This document shows, piece after piece, positions 28,251 through 37,399 of a stretch of 44,835 nucleotides of DNA (position 1 is its first letter; each line of letters opens with the position of its first letter). The stretch lies in the IMG/VR virus record IMGVR_UViG_3300049828_000427, positions 1 to 44,835 of that record; one strand, 5' to 3'. Both the position numbers and the translations under genes were made by a program. The notes beneath the pieces were generated by a model. The model ran no database searches, was not told where the DNA came from, and saw only the letters and a program-made list of their open reading frames with translations. The stretch is from a virus. Its lineage: Duplodnaviria; Caudoviricetes.

Positions 28251-29201
28251 ATGATAGTTATAGTAGAAGGCATTGATAGGGTAGGTAAAACTACTTTTTG
28301 CAATAAGCTAGCGGAAAAAGGATTCTTATATCTCAAGGATTCGTCTCTATTGTACGAAGATATTAAATGTAAATCATACATGCATACAACCCTACCTGCT
28401 GCGTATATGATTGGGAAACTAGATACAACCTGTGCATTCTTTAAAAGGCTAGACGAACAGGGCATAGATGTAGTAATGGATAGATGCCATTTAACAGAAC
28501 TAGTCTATTCATATTGTGAAGCTGGAAGGCGTAGCTTTGTAGATTTAGTATTCAAAATAGATGCATTCCTCGCCCACCTAGGAGCTTTATTGGTATATAT
28601 ACAGCCAGAGGATTTAGACTGGTCATCTAGGCAAGCAGGTGAAAACCTTGCCTCTCATAATGAACACTTTGAAAAAATAGTAACAGAATCATCAATAAAG
28701 AAAAAGATGATGACGACATTTAGTTTGTTGGATGCAACAGTATCTGCCATTTGCGAGAACAAAAGCCACTATGACTTTTATTTTGCCTCACCCTTCTTTA
28801 GTGAGGAACAAATAGAGAGGGAAGAGGCTTTAAAAGGGATACTAAGATCTTTTGGCTTCTCTGTATTTAGCCCCAAGGAAGCTTTTGTTCTTTCCCCTGA
28901 TGCTAGCCAAGAAGAAAGGGCAGACGTTTTCCAAATGAATTGTGAAACGATTAAAAATTCAAGGGCAGTCTTTGCGATAACAGATGGGAAGGATATAGGC
29001 ACAATATGGGAAGCAGGCTACGCCTATGCATTAAAAAAGCCAATAGTTTACTTTGCAGAAACGCTAGGCAACAATAAGTTTAATGTAATGCTATCCCAGT
29101 CAGGCAATATAGTGTTTACTGATAGAAGCATGCTAAAAAAAGAATTAATCACCAAAGCAATAGAAGGGAAAAGGTATCGCTTTACAGGTATAATCGAATG
29201 A
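28251..29201 (+). CDS. dNMP kinase-like domain fused to nucleoside 2-deoxyribosyltransferase-like domain
   Basis: VEGIDRVGKTT and DR..ELVY; YFASPFF..SP..D.GT.WE.GYA.A..KP..NVM. Confidence 0.88.
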   Translation: MIVIVEGIDRVGKTTFCNKLAEKGFLYLKDSSLLYEDIKCKSYMHTTLPAAYMIGKLDTTCAFFKRLDEQGIDVVMDRCHLTELVYSYCEAGRRSFVDLVFKIDAFLAHLGALLVYIQPEDLDWSSRQAGENLASHNEHFEKIVTESSIKKKMMTTFSLLDATVSAICENKSHYDFYFASPFFSEEQIEREEALKGILRSFGFSVFSPKEAFVLSPDASQEERADVFQMNCETIKNSRAVFAITDGKDIGTIWEAGYAYALKKPIVYFAETLGNNKFNVMLSQSGNIVFTDRSMLKKELITKAIEGKRYRFTGIIE

Positions 29202-29722
29202 GGTTAAACAGACAATCAATCCAAGAATTATATCGCTTAGATAGCATAGTAAGGTACAATACAATCCACAAAAACAAACAAGAGACAGTCGCCTCCCACT
29301 CCTACTTTGTTGCACTATTTACAAAAATGTTATGTACAGAATTAGAGGTAGATGATATAATCAAGTTAAAGGCCATTGAACTAGCTTTGGTCCATGATAT
29401 ACCTGAAATAATAACAAATGATATTACCCACGATGCTAAGCAAAGGATGCCAGAAATTGTCGAAATATTGGCCAAATATGAAAACCAATTCATGAACTTG
29501 CATTTCCCAGAACTAAGCGTGCAAGCCGATGAGGTATCCCATATTGCTAACTTAATTGTTAGGCTGGCAGATACAATATCGGTCCTACAGTTTACAAATA
29601 ACGAGATTAACCTAGGTAATACAGAGTTGTTAGAATGGATACCAAATACAAAGCATAGAATCAGTGAGCTTAGGAAACAATTACAGGAGGTAGGAATAAA
29701 ATGCCAAAAAATAATGATTTAG
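29198..29722 (+). CDS. HD-domain phosphohydrolase (YfbR-like 5'-deoxynucleotidase)
   Basis: L..IVRY..ETVASHSY..ALVHDIPE..ND..AD. Confidence 0.9.
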   Translation: MRLNRQSIQELYRLDSIVRYNTIHKNKQETVASHSYFVALFTKMLCTELEVDDIIKLKAIELALVHDIPEIITNDITHDAKQRMPEIVEILAKYENQFMNLHFPELSVQADEVSHIANLIVRLADTISVLQFTNNEINLGNTELLEWIPNTKHRISELRKQLQEVGIKCQKIMI

Positions 29723-30696
29723 GCCCAGTTGATTTACCAATGAAAATAAGGTTTTATGAGGCGCCGACAACAGAGTTTAAGAACAACTTAGATGCAATTG
29801 AGGTAGAGTTATTACATTGCCCAACTAAGGAACAATTAAGGGAATATATTGTCCCTTTCCTAGAGGCTACTTGGGCAGAAAAACCAATGGACTCGGCCAA
29901 TTATCGTAAAATACAAAAGGACGCAATAATCCGTGAATGCCTAGAAGGAAATGCTTTACCTACGGCATTGGAAACGGTAAACTTAGTGTTTAAGATAAGC
30001 GGTATATCACTACAGGAAGTTACACACATCCTTAGGTATAGGACGGCATCGTTTAGTGCGGACTGTTCAGGTGATAAATGGTGGACCCATAAAGCAGCCC
30101 TAGTTCCCAATAGTATACAAAACAGCAATGGTGCTAAAGAGGGCGAACCACCATACGGAAAAGATCTTTATGGCAGGTATCAACAAATAGTAAAGCTAGC
30201 CAAGCAACTATACTGTGATATGATAGACAGTAAGCAAATCAGCATCATGGATGCTAGGTATATTCTGCCTAGGTGCTTAGAGACATTCTACTTTATGAGA
30301 ATCAGCTTAAAGGATGCAATCCACTTTATCAAACAAAGGATAGATAGACAGATACAACCAGAAACAGATAACATAATTGCTTATGGGATGTATCTAGAGC
30401 TACTTGAAAAGCTACCACTCATGAACGGTATAATAGACATTGATGCTCCTTCCCAATTCTATGCTAAGATGGCAAGGACAGGTAAAGCAACTAACCTATA
30501 CTTCCCAGAGGAAATTAATGATACATTTGAGTGGAATGAGAAAGACTTTATATACCAATGCACAAGAGACCAAATGAATGGTACGGATGAGGATGCTAGG
30601 AACAAGTTTAACCAAATTAAAGCAATTGTGCATGAACAAATAGAGCGTTTACAAAAATTAAACTATGAAAAAATCTGTGAGGATTACAAAAAATAA
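29701..30696 (+). CDS. thyX: Divergent flavin-dependent thymidylate synthase (ThyX-like)
   Basis: F.ISGIS...TH.LRYR.ASFS, DARYILP...T, HFI..R....Q.E; canonical RHRx7S replaced by RYRx7C. Confidence 0.8.
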   Translation: MPKNNDLGPVDLPMKIRFYEAPTTEFKNNLDAIEVELLHCPTKEQLREYIVPFLEATWAEKPMDSANYRKIQKDAIIRECLEGNALPTALETVNLVFKISGISLQEVTHILRYRTASFSADCSGDKWWTHKAALVPNSIQNSNGAKEGEPPYGKDLYGRYQQIVKLAKQLYCDMIDSKQISIMDARYILPRCLETFYFMRISLKDAIHFIKQRIDRQIQPETDNIIAYGMYLELLEKLPLMNGIIDIDAPSQFYAKMARTGKATNLYFPEEINDTFEWNEKDFIYQCTRDQMNGTDEDARNKFNQIKAIVHEQIERLQKLNYEKICEDYKK

Positions 30697-30718
30697 AAAA
30701 TAAAAAGGGGTCTTTAAA

Positions 30719-31258
30719 ATGCCAAAAAGCGGTCAAATGTTAGAAATGATGGAAGCAGTAGAAGCAGATATTATGCTAGACGAAACAAAAACAACTTACG
30801 AAATGGTAGCAGCTAGCCTACACTTAAAAGATTTAGACCATGAAATGCTAAAGATATGGGGCTTAAATGTAATAGAGGCATCACTTATCTACAATACAAT
30901 GAAACAAGGCCTCGTAGATGTAGAGATAAATGGTTACATTACTGCCCACTATGTAGACATGTTTAACCAAATAAAAACACTAGCAGCTGAAAAGAAGGAT
31001 ATAGAATCCAGACAATTCATCATAAGCTTTCCTGTAATGCACTGTATACAGAGTATACAAATCTTATATAGGCATAACAGGGTAATAGTTATTCTTAATA
31101 TGCGTAGTTGTGACTTTAAAAAGAAGTTCCTATATGACTTATTTATAGCCCATTCTTGCGGGGCAGACCTAGCCAAAGAGATGGGAGTAGAATATGAACA
31201 AATAGATATGGTAGTTCATATTGGTAGCTTACACATATACAAAGAGGATGTGAGGTAA
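30719..31258 (+). CDS. Truncated thymidylate synthase / dCMP hydroxymethylase-superfamily protein
   Basis: SRQ..HC..IQ..MRSCD.......D..HIGSLHIY core motifs; only 179 aa. Confidence 0.8.
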   Translation: MPKSGQMLEMMEAVEADIMLDETKTTYEMVAASLHLKDLDHEMLKIWGLNVIEASLIYNTMKQGLVDVEINGYITAHYVDMFNQIKTLAAEKKDIESRQFIISFPVMHCIQSIQILYRHNRVIVILNMRSCDFKKKFLYDLFIAHSCGADLAKEMGVEYEQIDMVVHIGSLHIYKEDVR

Positions 31259-31264
31259 TAATAA

Positions 31265-33940
31265 ATGTATTTTGAACTACACAAACATACACAGTATAGC
31301 ATGTTTGATGGATTTGATAAAGTAAAGAACATAGTGGCTTATGCCAAAGAACTAGGCATGAAAGCCCTAGGTATATCAGACCATGGAAATGCATGCGGCA
31401 TTGCACAATTATATATGGAATGTAAGAAGGCAGAGATAAAACCAATAATGGGCTGTGAAGTTTACTTCCAGCCCTCCTTTGATTCTACTAAGAAGCGTTT
31501 TCACCTTTGCCTGTATGCCAAGAATAAAGTAGGCTATAAAAACCTATGCCAAATATTATCCGAGGCAAACGAAAAGAACTTCTACAGATACGGCCATGTT
31601 ACTTTTGAAATGTTAGAAAAGTACAAAGAAGGTTTAATATGCACAACGGCTTGTATCGGTGGTTTTATCCCCCAACTAGTTGCCAAAGGTAAAAAAGACA
31701 AAATAGAAAAGGCAATAAATAAATTCAAGGCTATATTTAAGAATGACCTTTACTTTGAAATACAACCCATAGCCTTAGATGAACCTGGGCTACAGGAAAG
31801 AGTAAATGAGGAAATGCTAAAGTTAGGCAAGCAACACAATGTAAAGTGTATCCTCACTACAGACTCTCACTTCACTGCCAAAGAGGATTTTGACTCTTAT
31901 TTAATGATGCACAAGATGTCTAAGATAGGTAGTTCCAAAGGGGAGGGGCTATCCCTCAAGCATATAGAAGATACCTACAAAGAGAGGTACATGCATAGTG
32001 AAGCTGATATAGTCAGTAAGTTTAAGAAAATGCATGGCTACAACCCTAAAGAACTACTAGCCAACATGGATGAAATATACAATAAAGTAAACATGGAACT
32101 TGACTTTAGTGACTCTATCCCAACCTATGATGAGGCAGACGATTGCTTTAAAGAAATGAAAAGACTATGCATTGAAGGGCTAAAGGAGACAGGAAGGTAC
32201 ACCCAAGAATATATTGATAGAGTTAAATATGAAATGTCGATAATCCAAAAGCATGGCCTATGTGATTACTTCCTCATAGTAAGTGATTATGTAAAGTATG
32301 CAAAGGACAATGATATTTATGTAGGCCCAGGTAGGGGGTCTGTTGGTGGAAGCCAAGTAGCTGAATTGTTAAGGATAACAGAAATAGATGCATTAGAGCT
32401 AGGCACAGACTTTGAAAGGTTCCTAAGAGCAGATAAGAAGAAAATGCCTGATATAGACCTAGACTTTGAAAATGGTAGGCAAAAGGATGTAATGGAGTAT
32501 ATCTTAAAAAAGTACAATAAAAGGTCAGCCCTTATAATCACGTTTGGCTATTACAAAGGTGCTAATTTAATCAATGACCTAGCCAAGATATATGAATTGC
32601 CTTCTACAGAGTTAGCTAGGATAAAGGCCATCCTCATAGCAAAGGTACCTGACATGGCTCACTTTGAGTTTGTAGACATTAATTATAACGAGCTTGTACG
32701 TGACCCTCAGATTAAGTCTATTGACAAGGAATATAAAGATATTATCAAGCACTTTTGTAAGCTCTGTGGTCAAGTTAAGTATTACGGCCAACATCCTGCA
32801 GGGGTATTAGTAACCAAAGATAAAATAGGGAAATACATCCCTTTATTAAAAGTAAAGGATAACCTTATTTGCTCCTATGATAAGTATGATGTAGAGGCCC
32901 TGGACATGTTAAAGTTTGACGTATTGGCCCTAAAAACAATGAATGTAATCCATGAAATAGAAAAGATAACAGGTGATAAGTTTGATAGGCGTAATATAGA
33001 TGAGGAAGTCCATAATAAAATGTATGAGAAGTTTAAGTCAGGTGATACACTTGGCATATTCCAGTTAAACAAACCGGCTGCCCAAAACATACTCAAAGAA
33101 ATTGAGGCAGATAATATCCAAGATGTTATAGCGGCTATCTCACTAAACAGACCAGGGACACTAAGCTTAAAGACTCACGAACAGTATGCTGGTAATAAAA
33201 AGAATATAGATGAAAGTACAATATGGTTCCCATATACATCTGATTCATATGGTTCTATCATATACCAAGAACATGTAATGCGTATATGTCAGGGGTTAGC
33301 TAAGATGGAACCGGGAGATATTGATAAACTAATGAAGTTTAAGTTCTCAGAAGAGGAAAGAGGTATCCTTAAGGACAAGTTTATTAAAGGTGCAAAGCTT
33401 AATTCAAATGTTAAAGAGGCAATATCCAAACAACTATTTGAAGCCATGGCCTTGTACATGTTTAATAAGGGCCATGGGGCTGGCTATGCTTTAATATCAG
33501 AATGGCAAATGTACCATAAAGTAAAGCATCCTACAGAGTTTTGGTATGCCACAGCTAAGCATGAAGTGGATGAAAGGAAACAGGCAGAGTTCATGTGTGA
33601 AGCGGCAAATGAGGGAATACTGTTCTTCCTTCCGCATGTAAACTATACAGCTTCATTTTCTATAAGGGAAGTAGATGGCGAAAAGGCAATACAAATGGGA
33701 TATAATATAATTAAGAATGTAGGCGGTAAGGCGGCGGACTTCATACAAAAAGAACGAAATAAGAATGGGCCTTTTAGAAGTTATGACGACTTCTATGAAA
33801 GATGTAAAAGTAGGGCTGTCACTAGTAGGGTAATAGAATCCCTCTTCAATGATGGGGCCCTGGAGTTTAACAAGAAAACATATTTAAGTAGAACAGTAAA
33901 ATTCAACTCAACCCTATATTTGAAAGGGGCTAGGAGATAA
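31265..33940 (+). CDS. dnaE: DNA polymerase III alpha subunit (family C)
   Basis: PHP H.H..YS.FDG, DHG, GCE; GPGRGS; PDIDLDF; HPAG; KFD.L.L; RPG; YQE; FNK.H. Confidence 0.96.
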   Translation: MYFELHKHTQYSMFDGFDKVKNIVAYAKELGMKALGISDHGNACGIAQLYMECKKAEIKPIMGCEVYFQPSFDSTKKRFHLCLYAKNKVGYKNLCQILSEANEKNFYRYGHVTFEMLEKYKEGLICTTACIGGFIPQLVAKGKKDKIEKAINKFKAIFKNDLYFEIQPIALDEPGLQERVNEEMLKLGKQHNVKCILTTDSHFTAKEDFDSYLMMHKMSKIGSSKGEGLSLKHIEDTYKERYMHSEADIVSKFKKMHGYNPKELLANMDEIYNKVNMELDFSDSIPTYDEADDCFKEMKRLCIEGLKETGRYTQEYIDRVKYEMSIIQKHGLCDYFLIVSDYVKYAKDNDIYVGPGRGSVGGSQVAELLRITEIDALELGTDFERFLRADKKKMPDIDLDFENGRQKDVMEYILKKYNKRSALIITFGYYKGANLINDLAKIYELPSTELARIKAILIAKVPDMAHFEFVDINYNELVRDPQIKSIDKEYKDIIKHFCKLCGQVKYYGQHPAGVLVTKDKIGKYIPLLKVKDNLICSYDKYDVEALDMLKFDVLALKTMNVIHEIEKITGDKFDRRNIDEEVHNKMYEKFKSGDTLGIFQLNKPAAQNILKEIEADNIQDVIAAISLNRPGTLSLKTHEQYAGNKKNIDESTIWFPYTSDSYGSIIYQEHVMRICQGLAKMEPGDIDKLMKFKFSEEERGILKDKFIKGAKLNSNVKEAISKQLFEAMALYMFNKGHGAGYALISEWQMYHKVKHPTEFWYATAKHEVDERKQAEFMCEAANEGILFFLPHVNYTASFSIREVDGEKAIQMGYNIIKNVGGKAADFIQKERNKNGPFRSYDDFYERCKSRAVTSRVIESLFNDGALEFNKKTYLSRTVKFNSTLYLKGARR

Positions 33941-34866
33941 TGGCTAAAACAAACAAAGAAGCGATAATGAGATTATGTAAACAAATAGCCCAAAAGGAAG
34001 GCGAAGGTAGTATTTTCTCTCTTGGGTCTGATAAGTCTAACTTAAAAATACCTAGATGGTCTACTGGTATAGAGGACCTTGACCATATAATAGGAGGTGG
34101 TATGCCAGAAGGTAGGATTATTGAAGTGTTTGGCCCTGAGAGCTCCGGAAAGACTAGCCTTGGGTATCACCTCATGTCCTTACATTCGCTAGGTCTATAC
34201 ATCCCTATTGAAGGCACGTTTGATGCCCAAAGGGCAGCCTCTTTTGGTAATAAACCAAAGCAAATGTTGGTATACAGGGCAAGGTATGGAGAGCAAGCTA
34301 TGAATAAAATGATTAACTTTGCCGAGACCGGTATCCCCATCATAATCCTAGACAGTATCCCAGCTTGTAAACCAAAAGAGGATATTGATAAGATTAAAAA
34401 GTCGGCCAACTCTCCAACAGACGAGGCAGTAAACGAAAGGATGGGAGGGGTAGCCAGACTAATGCATAAGTATCTACCGGTCCTAGAAGAGATAGTAGAG
34501 TTTACAGGTACAACTATTATCTTAATAAACCAAGTAAGGGACAAAGTAGATGCTATGATGTTTGGTGAAAAGACAGATACCCCGGGAGGAAGGGCTCCTA
34601 AGTTTTATAGTAGTGTTAGAATCCAAGTAGGCAGGAAGAGCTGGATAGAAATACCTAACAAAGACCCTAAAAATGCAGCCAATAATGAAAAAGTAGGCTT
34701 TATCATGAAGACCAAAATAGTCAAATCAAAGGTAAGCAATCCAATGGGTGAGGCAGAAATACCAATGTTCTTTGAAAAAGGCTTTACCTCTTTTGACGAT
34801 ATAGCAACTATAAGGAAAGAACTAATGAAAGGTAGGAAGGTAACCGATGAGTCTAATGGTCTGTAA
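33940..34866 (+). CDS. recA: RecA-family recombinase
   Basis: GGMPEGRIIEVFGPESSGKT, ILDS, INQVR.K, TPGGRA.KFY.S.R, KSKV..P. Confidence 0.93.
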   Translation: MAKTNKEAIMRLCKQIAQKEGEGSIFSLGSDKSNLKIPRWSTGIEDLDHIIGGGMPEGRIIEVFGPESSGKTSLGYHLMSLHSLGLYIPIEGTFDAQRAASFGNKPKQMLVYRARYGEQAMNKMINFAETGIPIIILDSIPACKPKEDIDKIKKSANSPTDEAVNERMGGVARLMHKYLPVLEEIVEFTGTTIILINQVRDKVDAMMFGEKTDTPGGRAPKFYSSVRIQVGRKSWIEIPNKDPKNAANNEKVGFIMKTKIVKSKVSNPMGEAEIPMFFEKGFTSFDDIATIRKELMKGRKVTDESNGL

Positions 34867-35044
34867 GTGTGGTCAGGAATGTTTTTATTATAAGCATGTA
34901 GAAGCCTACTTGTGCCCAAGATGTGACAGGGATGACATAATCTCACTTGCTATTGAAACTACAAATAAAATATTACAAGACAGCTACAAAAGAGAAAAGG
35001 AGTTAAAATCAAATGTCCAAAATACGGGAAATGATAAAGAATGA
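34847..35044 (+). CDS. Small zinc-ribbon protein
   Basis: CKCG...CPRC. Confidence 0.65.
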   Translation: MSLMVCKCGQECFYYKHVEAYLCPRCDRDDIISLAIETTNKILQDSYKREKELKSNVQNTGNDKE

Positions 35045-35843
35045 AGCCAAGGGAATAGTAACTAATACAGCCAACCTTATAATAGAGCAGGCCCTCAATA
35101 AACTATTCTATGAAACGCCCAAATATAAAGAAGAACTAGAAATGTTAACAATGCAAAAGAAACAAGCCCAACAACAGGGCGACAGGTATGGCCTCCATTG
35201 TAGCGCTATAATAAAGTCTGATAAAGAAATATGTTTTAGGGAGCAAGTCCTCTCCCTCTTCTTCAAGCAAGCCCAAGGTGAAAATATAAGTATTGGCCTA
35301 AAGCGTATATTCAAAGAAGGTGAATCCATAGGTGAGAAATGGCAAAGGCTATTCATCTCAGGTGGCCTAGGATTAAAAGAGAATATGGATATAAGTAGGT
35401 TTATCCCCAAGTATGATTTATCCTATACCCCAGATGCCCGAATAACTCTAGGGGCCAAAGAATGGGTCGTAGAGGTTAAGTCAATGAACACCTTCCAGTT
35501 TAAGAAAGCCACTAGCCATCCATCTGGCAGGAAACAATTAAGAATGTACATGTTCTTTGAAAAGGTAAAGCATGGTTTTGTATTAGTGGAAGATAAAAAT
35601 GACCAGTCGTTTAAGGTTTTCCCTGAAATATACGGGGAGACGTTTAATAAGGAAGATATACAACCTTACTTGGACAGGTTAAAACAGATCCAAGAATATA
35701 AGAATGATTTTATCCAAACTAAAACCATGGTCGGTAAGCATCCAGAATGTACATCTCCTACATGTAAGAAAGCCCTAAAATGTAATTTAAGGGAAGCCTG
35801 CTGGAATGTAGGAATGGGAAGGATAAGGCTAAAAAATGTATAA
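35013..35843 (+). CDS. Cas4-like PD-(D/E)XK exonuclease
   Basis: N-terminal C.R, TPD..VEVKS..QLR.Y, C-terminal Cys cluster. Confidence 0.8.
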   Translation: MSKIREMIKNEAKGIVTNTANLIIEQALNKLFYETPKYKEELEMLTMQKKQAQQQGDRYGLHCSAIIKSDKEICFREQVLSLFFKQAQGENISIGLKRIFKEGESIGEKWQRLFISGGLGLKENMDISRFIPKYDLSYTPDARITLGAKEWVVEVKSMNTFQFKKATSHPSGRKQLRMYMFFEKVKHGFVLVEDKNDQSFKVFPEIYGETFNKEDIQPYLDRLKQIQEYKNDFIQTKTMVGKHPECTSPTCKKALKCNLREACWNVGMGRIRLKNV

Positions 35844-36399
35844 GTTAGTCTGTATAGGAGTAGACCAAAGCTATACGAGGACTGGAATAAGTATAGCTGT
35901 TGATGGCAAGCTTAGAAAAGTATACAGTATCAAGTTTAATGGTTGTAGTAACAAGACAGAAAAAAGAATGTGCCTAAGACAGGAACTTCTAAGGTTATTA
36001 GAGAAATATAAAGAGCATACAGAACGGATGGTAGTAATCTGTGAACGAATTAGAACATTTACTGGTGGTTCAAGTCTTAGGCCAGACTATTTAAAAAGTA
36101 CGGGAGCACTAATCGCCACCATTGTAGACACGGCTTATTGTTATAATGTAAAGGTTTTTAGTGTTGATACTAGGGCGTGGAAAAGTAAAATAGTAGGTAC
36201 TACAAAAGGTGAAGGCGAAAGTAAATTAGCAAATAAAATTCCTACCTTAAAGTATGTAAAATGCTTAGGATTTGATTGCTGTATAGGTACAGACAGGAAG
36301 GGAAACGCTGTTTATGATGATGATGCCGCTGATTCGGCATGCATCGCATTATACGCTTTTCTACCTAAGAAACACCGCAATCTGATATTAGAGAGCTAA
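35836..36399 (+). CDS. RuvC-like Holliday junction resolvase
   Basis: IGVDQS..TG; ICE; WK..; DDAADS..IA. Confidence 0.85.
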   Translation: MYKLVCIGVDQSYTRTGISIAVDGKLRKVYSIKFNGCSNKTEKRMCLRQELLRLLEKYKEHTERMVVICERIRTFTGGSSLRPDYLKSTGALIATIVDTAYCYNVKVFSVDTRAWKSKIVGTTKGEGESKLANKIPTLKYVKCLGFDCCIGTDRKGNAVYDDDAADSACIALYAFLPKKHRNLILES

Positions 36400-36511
36400 G
36401 ACCACGAGAGCAAGCCCCTTTCACGCGTATCGTCGCGGTAAGCAGTACCCTACTGCTTATATAAGGTTATACTACTATAACTACTATACTTAATAAATAG
36501 TAAAATAGTTA

Positions 36512-36540
36512 TGTACAATTAGTAGTGAATATGTTATGAT
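36512..36540 (+). promoter_or_regulatory. Promoter TGTACA-17-TATGAT (TGn)
   Basis: -35 at 36512-36517, -10 at 36535-36540. Confidence 0.75.
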
Positions 36541-36587
36541 AGTAGTGTAAGGAATAAATAGTGTTTAAGAAAACGGAGGAATATTAT

Positions 36588-37385
36588 ATGAATGAATTAA
36601 ATGTTAAAGGAATAGAAGTAATGGAGTTTAGCAACATCCAAGAGTTTGAACAGTTTATAAACAACGCACCAATTAATTCAGTATTTAGATGGGAAACACT
36701 AGGAAGCTCAAGAAAAGATGATGCTGATTGGAGAGGTACTAAAAGTTATGAGGAAGCACAAGACCTATTAAAGCATGGATGTGAAGAAATAGCAAAGAAG
36801 TTAGAAAAACAATTCCAGTTAAAAAGTAAAGACGTAGGATTTAATAAGGTGGTAAGAAATTTCTATGATGTAGTTGGCTTCCAAGTTTCAGTTCCTAGAT
36901 ATTTACAAGGCCTACCAACAAGCATGGTTAACCAAAAGAAAGTAGTAGAAAAAGCCAGAGTAATTACAATAAACAAAAGTATGAGCTACAATGCATTTTA
37001 TTCAACAGAAGAAATAATTGAGGAAAGTGCAAAAGCTTTGGCCCTTATAAAGGCAATTGAAACAAAAGGAATAAGAGTTAACTTAAACCTGTGCATGGCA
37101 AGTGATTCATGGGGAGGTCAGAAAGTAGGATTAAAAATTAGAGTTAAAAATGCCGGTGAAAGAATAAATGTTAGCAAGTTATCGTTTATCATGGCTCACC
37201 CATCAATGCTAAGAAGGATGTTATTCAGATGGTTAGAAGTAAATCCTAAGGTTACAGATAAAGGATACACTAATGGGTACGGAAGGCCAATAGAAATTGA
37301 GCAAATAACAAGCAAAAATGAATACACAATCCCAAAAGAGTTTAACCTCAATAAAGTAGATGATGTGATAAAAACTTTCAAATAA
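36588..37385 (+). CDS. vWA-like partner of MoxR AAA ATPase
   Basis: G....VPRYLQG.P.SM..HPSMLRR..F..GYG pattern of phage AAA-associated proteins; ATG 36588 after GGAGG. Confidence 0.65.
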   Translation: MNELNVKGIEVMEFSNIQEFEQFINNAPINSVFRWETLGSSRKDDADWRGTKSYEEAQDLLKHGCEEIAKKLEKQFQLKSKDVGFNKVVRNFYDVVGFQVSVPRYLQGLPTSMVNQKKVVEKARVITINKSMSYNAFYSTEEIIEESAKALALIKAIETKGIRVNLNLCMASDSWGGQKVGLKIRVKNAGERINVSKLSFIMAHPSMLRRMLFRWLEVNPKVTDKGYTNGYGRPIEIEQITSKNEYTIPKEFNLNKVDDVIKTFK

Positions 37386-37399
37386 TTTTTAAAAAAGTA

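Noticed and set aside
27860-29722. Z-genome (2-aminoadenine) system suggested by the DatZ-like HD and MazZ-like genes
   Set aside because: No PurZ/adenylosuccinate synthetase homologue is visible; the linked synthases are pyrimidine enzymes
629-33940. Introns or inteins in terL, dnaE or the capsid gene
   Set aside because: Reading frames are continuous, lengths are ordinary, and no splicing or homing-endonuclease motifs were seen
35013-35843. CRISPR-Cas locus suggested by the Cas4-like gene
   Set aside because: No repeat-spacer array or other cas genes seen; solo Cas4-like nucleases are common in phage recombination modules
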